Origin: Octopus sinensis
Lineage: Eukaryota
Reading direction: 5' to 3'
Length of the DNA stretch: 64,000 nt
Assembly (NCBI RefSeq): GCF_006345805.1
Contig: NC_042998.1
Location: 24,614,001 to 24,678,000, forward strand
Shown here: positions 59,698 to 64,000 of the stretch, in pieces
Layout: the number at the start of each line of letters is the position of its first letter
Position numbering within the stretch: position 1 is the stretch's first letter
The notes under the pieces: model-generated
What the model saw: only the letters and a program-made list of their open reading frames with translations
The model's database searches: none
What the model was told of the DNA's origin: nothing
Program-made: the position numbers and the translations under genes

Positions 59698-60074
59698 GGC
59701 ATATAGTTAGTGTATCTTGAATTAAGTCATAAAAGTTGTTGGGGAATAATTTTGTAACTGATAAAATCCTGAACATAGGATTCAAAATTTTTCAATAGTA
59801 TTTCATGATATAACATAATTTTTTTATGTGTGATATATGTATGTGCTAGTTTTGGTTTGTATTTTGCTATTAGTAGAATTTCCATAGTTATTCTCAGTTT
59901 CCTGGAATTCTATATAAAACAAATGTAGTGCTGTCAACTGGTGTTTTTTCTATCCAATTTCATTTGTTTATTGCTTTATAATACATTGCAATTACATCTT
60001 GTTGTAAACGCATAGTCTACTGACGTGTATGAGTCATACTTGTCTGCCCAATGTAGCCACTTGAGTCATGAAAT

Positions 60075-60690
60075 TTTTCAACTTTCATATTTACATTATT
60101 TACATTTGACGGATATTTGTCCTCATCTTGTTTGTTGTTAATACAACATTTCTGCTGATATACTCTCCAGGCTTCATCAGGTGTCTTGGGGAAATTTCGA
60201 ACCTGAGTTCTCATCCCTAAGGTATTTTTTCGATGTTACTATTATTATTATCATTATTCAGTAGTTTTATTTATATAGCATGCTTTCACTTCACTACCGA
60301 GCACAGCTCTGTGTGCCTTGGGTATGTGCTGTGATTTGTTGTGATGCTAAATGTATTGAAAGTGTTTTGCATAGGATGTGTGCAGTGCCCAGTAGTGCAA
60401 GTTTCTGTATGTTATATATATTTGTAAGTCCTGGTGTTTTTGTTATGTATTTGTCTGAATATTTTTTTATCATACCTAATGCGCCCACTATGATAGGAAT
60501 TGTTTCTGTTTTTAGATTCCACATTCGTGTTACATCTTTTATTATTATTATTATTATTATTATTATGATTATTATGATTATTATTATTATTGTTCAGGTC
60601 ACTGCTTGGAATCAAACTTGGAATCTTGTGGGGGTTATCCGTCAAATGTAAATAATGTAAATAATGTGTGTAATTCCTCATCTCTTAAAT
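60075..60690. mobile_element. Penelope-like terminal repeat (family P3) with a truncated inverted arm
   Basis: 60085-60235 is homologous to 39830-39985; a short inverted arm lies at 60640-60685; a degenerate hammerhead lies at 60140-60185 (-). Confidence 0.75.
60259..60540 (-). pseudogene. R4/Dong-clade LINE 3' end (second family) in (TAA)n
   Basis: WNLKTETIPIIVGALGMIKK...IQKLALLGTAHILCKTLSI*; flanked by TAA repeats on both sides. Confidence 0.85.
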
Positions 60691-60854
60691 ATAGAAATGT
60701 TTCATATTAACGTTGAAAATTTGCATATTAAATTTAGTTTTCTGAAGTACATTTTGAAGTTAGTTAGCTTGTGGTTTAATGTTAATGGAAAAACAACAAC
60801 AACAACAACAGTAACAACAAAAATAATGATAATAATACAGCTCATCACCCTTTA

Positions 60855-61030
60855 ATTCAAGCACAATGCCAGCAGATTTGAGGGTGGTGAGTCAATACCA
60901 TCAACTCCAGCACTTGACTAGTACTTTCCTTAACCCATCCCAAAAAGCTGGATGGCAAAGTTGACTCTGACAGGATTTGAACTCACAACGTAAAGAACCA
61001 GAACAAATATTGCAAAGCATTTTTCTTTAT
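60855..61030 (-). mobile_element. SINE family B (B2), diverged
   Basis: ggcaaagttgactctgacaggatttgaactcacaacg. Confidence 0.65.
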
Positions 61031-61114
61031 GCTCCAATGTGTATCAAAAGAAATTCAAATCAGTTTGCATTATCAACACCTAAAAGTCACTGAGAAAATA
61101 CTACAACGATGTGA

Positions 61115-61345
61115 CTAGTAGCAGTAGTAGTAGTAGTAGTAGTGGTGGTGGTGGTGGTGGTGGTGGTAGTGGTGGTGGTAGTAGTAGTGGTGGTGTGGTG
61201 GTGGTAGTAGTGGTGGTGGTGGTGGTGGTGGTGGTGGTGGTGGTGGTGGTGGTGGTAGTAGTAGTAGTAGTAGTGGTGGTGATGGTGGTGGTAGTGGTGG
61301 TAGTGGTGGTGGTGGTGGTGGTGCTGATAGTAGTAGTAGTGGTGG

Positions 61346-61376
<31 letters not shown>

Positions 61377-61389
61377 GGTGGTGGTGGTG

Positions 61390-61431
<42 letters not shown>

Positions 61432-61455
61432 AGTAGTAGTAGTAGTAATAGTAGT
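61115..61455. repeat. (GTA)n/(GTG)n compound triplet repeat
   Basis: Seen directly in the sequence. Confidence 0.95.
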
Positions 61456-61684
61456 AATAGTGAATACAATTAAATTGCTGCTTTTTTGTTTAAATGAATT
61501 TATCTTTTTAGATGGAAGCAACAGACATATCCTTGTAATCTGTTGAAATGTTTGTCAGCTTCATGCTACAAATTTAAACATGAAACTTCAATTTTTTCGA
61601 AATTTCAAAAAAAAAAAAAATTTTTTTTTTTTTTAGAGAACAGGCAGGTGATAGTATCTGGACGTAATCTTATTTTCTTCACAG

Positions 61685-61718
61685 ATTAAGTTCTATTGAT
61701 ATGTTGATGAAACTAAAG
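61685..61718 (+). other. Candidate 34-bp internal exon
   Basis: Acceptor atcttattttcttcacag and donor AAG/gtatgc; only one frame is open (xLSSIDMLMKLK). No homology recognised. Confidence 0.3.
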
Positions 61719-63039
61719 GTATGCCAGTATGACTTGAATAATAGAGTGTTTAAAACTAAGGCAAATACAAGTGCTTTCCATCGAAAATTTGATGAGAATC
61801 GAGAATTGAGATTTTCACTTTGATAAACTGCATGCAATTTATTTTAGCTGAGAAACTGAATACAACACAATTTGAGAAAATAAAATTACAATAAAACGAA
61901 ATGAACAGAAATCCCATTTCAGATAAATTTTCAATTATTTAACATTATTAGCCATAGAAAGAAACTGACTTATTTGTTACAAAGTTGACCTTTTTTTTTA
62001 ATGTCAAGTAAAACTAAAAGCTTGTAAACTTATTTCGAGTGATTTATTTCCTTAATACGGCTCATATTGCCACCAATGTTCTAAAGAAAACCCCTGCCAG
62101 TGAAACGGGCCGTTTGCCAGACCTAATTTTCAGAGGTTTTAACTGGCCAACAAGGAAGAAACAAAGAAGATGTTGATACAATATTCTTTTATTTCTTCCA
62201 GTAATCATGCTGACGGTCATTGGAAGAAATACATCCTAATGTCTAATTTTGAAAAGTTATAAAACTCATCACATGCGAGTTAAGGGGCCAATGTTTCTAA
62301 AATTCCATCTTAAATTCATTTAGTTCCTATTTGATTAATTATTTCTCAAGTGATTCTCATTTCAAGTTATTCAATATCTCAGCTGTTTAAAGCCTGTTCT
62401 CTTCCTGTAGTGTAAAGAAAAAGAGTATTTTATTTGAAATTGCTTCAGATATTCAGCACATTGAAACATGTAATTGATAATAGAATGAATATGAGAGAAA
62501 ACTGAAAACTCCAGTGGGTTTAACCGGAGCACTTAATAAAGTGTACCCAATGAATATCGTTTAGGCTCTAAGTTGATAAGAAATGCACAAAAAAAAAAAA
62601 TAAATAAAATGAAGCAAGTAGAATGCCCCCAATTTAAACACATTCATCAGCACATTAACCCTTTTGTGACCATATTTCTGATGAAATACACTATGTATGT
62701 GTTTTAATTAACTTTGAAAATAATCAATAATTTAGAGGGATTAAGTAAAACAACAAAATTCATCATTATGTAATTATTGTTTAGAATTTAATGAAAGGTT
62801 CTTTATCTGAAATCATAATAGAAGGTTTAAATTTGAATATAAATTAGAGATTTTGGATTGTAAAACAAAGAATACTTAATAACATGAGATTTTATATTGC
62901 AGAACAAGGGGTAGACTAGGGATCAGGGTGATAGAATAATCGACATCAGGAATAGATTACAAATGTTTTGCTCTAACCACCCATGCAAGGTGAAATTTTT
63001 AAAAATATTCAAAAATTAGTTCCATGTAAAAAAAAAAAC

Positions 63040-63202
63040 CTGAGCTGGTGCCACATAAAAAGCACTCAATACACTCTGCAAAGATATTGGCACTAGGAAG
63101 GGCATCTAGATGTAGAAATCATGCCAAAACAGAGACATGGAACCTGATGTGCTTCCTAGACTTACCAGCTCCCATGAAACTGTCCAACCCATGCCAGCAT
63201 GA

Positions 63203-63298
<96 letters not shown>

Positions 63299-63392
63299 TC
63301 GATGATGATGATGATGATGATTATGATGATGATGATGATGATGATGATGATGTCGATGATGATGATGATGATGATGATTATGATGATGATAC
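63040..63392 (+). mobile_element. Diverged orphan RTE tail with an expanded (GAT)n
   Basis: aggaagggcatc...ccaacccatgccagcatg followed by ~190 bp of (gat)n. Confidence 0.8.
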
Positions 63393-64000
63393 TGCTTGGA
63401 GATGAAATATCTAAAAAGAAATTAGTACTTGTGAGATGAGGATTTGTTTTATGCAACGTATAAAAAAAAAATTTTTTTTTTAAAAAGACTGTTCAGCTGT
63501 AAGATCCTCCCCAGATTCTAGTTTGTCCATTGACAAAGCAATATAAACTTCGCAAAACATTTAATGGTCGTGAACATAGCAAGTCAAATTTATTTTTTTT
63601 AAAACCAAAATTCTTTTTTATCATAAAAATTTTTAAATCAGCACTTTTCTATAGTTTAGAAAAAAACCTAAAAAGGAATTTCTTTTGGCTGTTTGCCAAT
63701 TCACTTGTTCACCTACATTTTTTGGTAAGGATTTAAACTTTTATTTTGAGCATAGAAACTAACAAAAGATTTATCGGATATATGATGATGTTACAAGCGT
63801 CTTGTTTAAATGGTTTTATTGATTGACATTAGCATTAATATATATGTTAAAAGAAAGAAGCAAATTTAGATATGTTTGTAATAGGAGATAACAGCTTGGA
63901 TAGAATAGTGATTTTGGTAATTATACAAGATAAACAGGACAAAGAAATTGTTTGAGATATTTGGGTTATCTGATATGAAAGAAACCAACTTAAGATATAA

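Noticed and set aside
63515-63736. 68-aa ORF or possible exons near the window end
   Set aside because: Homopolymer-rich intron-like composition, with several equally weak splice choices.

Overview
AT-rich, microsatellite- and repeat-saturated animal genomic DNA, very probably an octopus or related coleoid (inferred from the SINE repertoire and from (TA)n/(CA)n/(GAT)n density). It reads as intronic or intergenic. I could not identify a host protein-coding gene with confidence; only a few short candidate + strand exons were seen. Almost all long ORFs in the supplied track are translations of microsatellites or SINEs. Recognisable content: (1) a 5'-truncated RTE-clade LINE (about 20786-24035) with an endonuclease C-terminus, RT (YADD) and a PHD-type zinc finger, broken mainly by small indels; (2) R4/Dong-clade LINE 3' ends (CCHC plus restriction-like endonuclease) sitting in (TAA)n tracts; (3) several Penelope-like element (PLE) relics, whose terminal repeats carry minimal type I hammerhead-ribozyme motifs in three sequence families; (4) two Tc1 transposase relics, one DD37D/maT relic, and many MITE/foldback elements; (5) dozens of tRNA-derived SINEs in modular families: a CORE-like family A, a family B forming tandem arrays, and a family C head joined to several different bodies, including a V-domain body. 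The most interesting signals are the hammerhead motifs, the modular SINE system and its apparent partner-LINE tails, the TAA-targeted R4/Dong insertions, and a 92-codon frame broken by one TAG (37326-37601). Family assignments come from recalled motifs, not from database searches, and boundaries are approximate.
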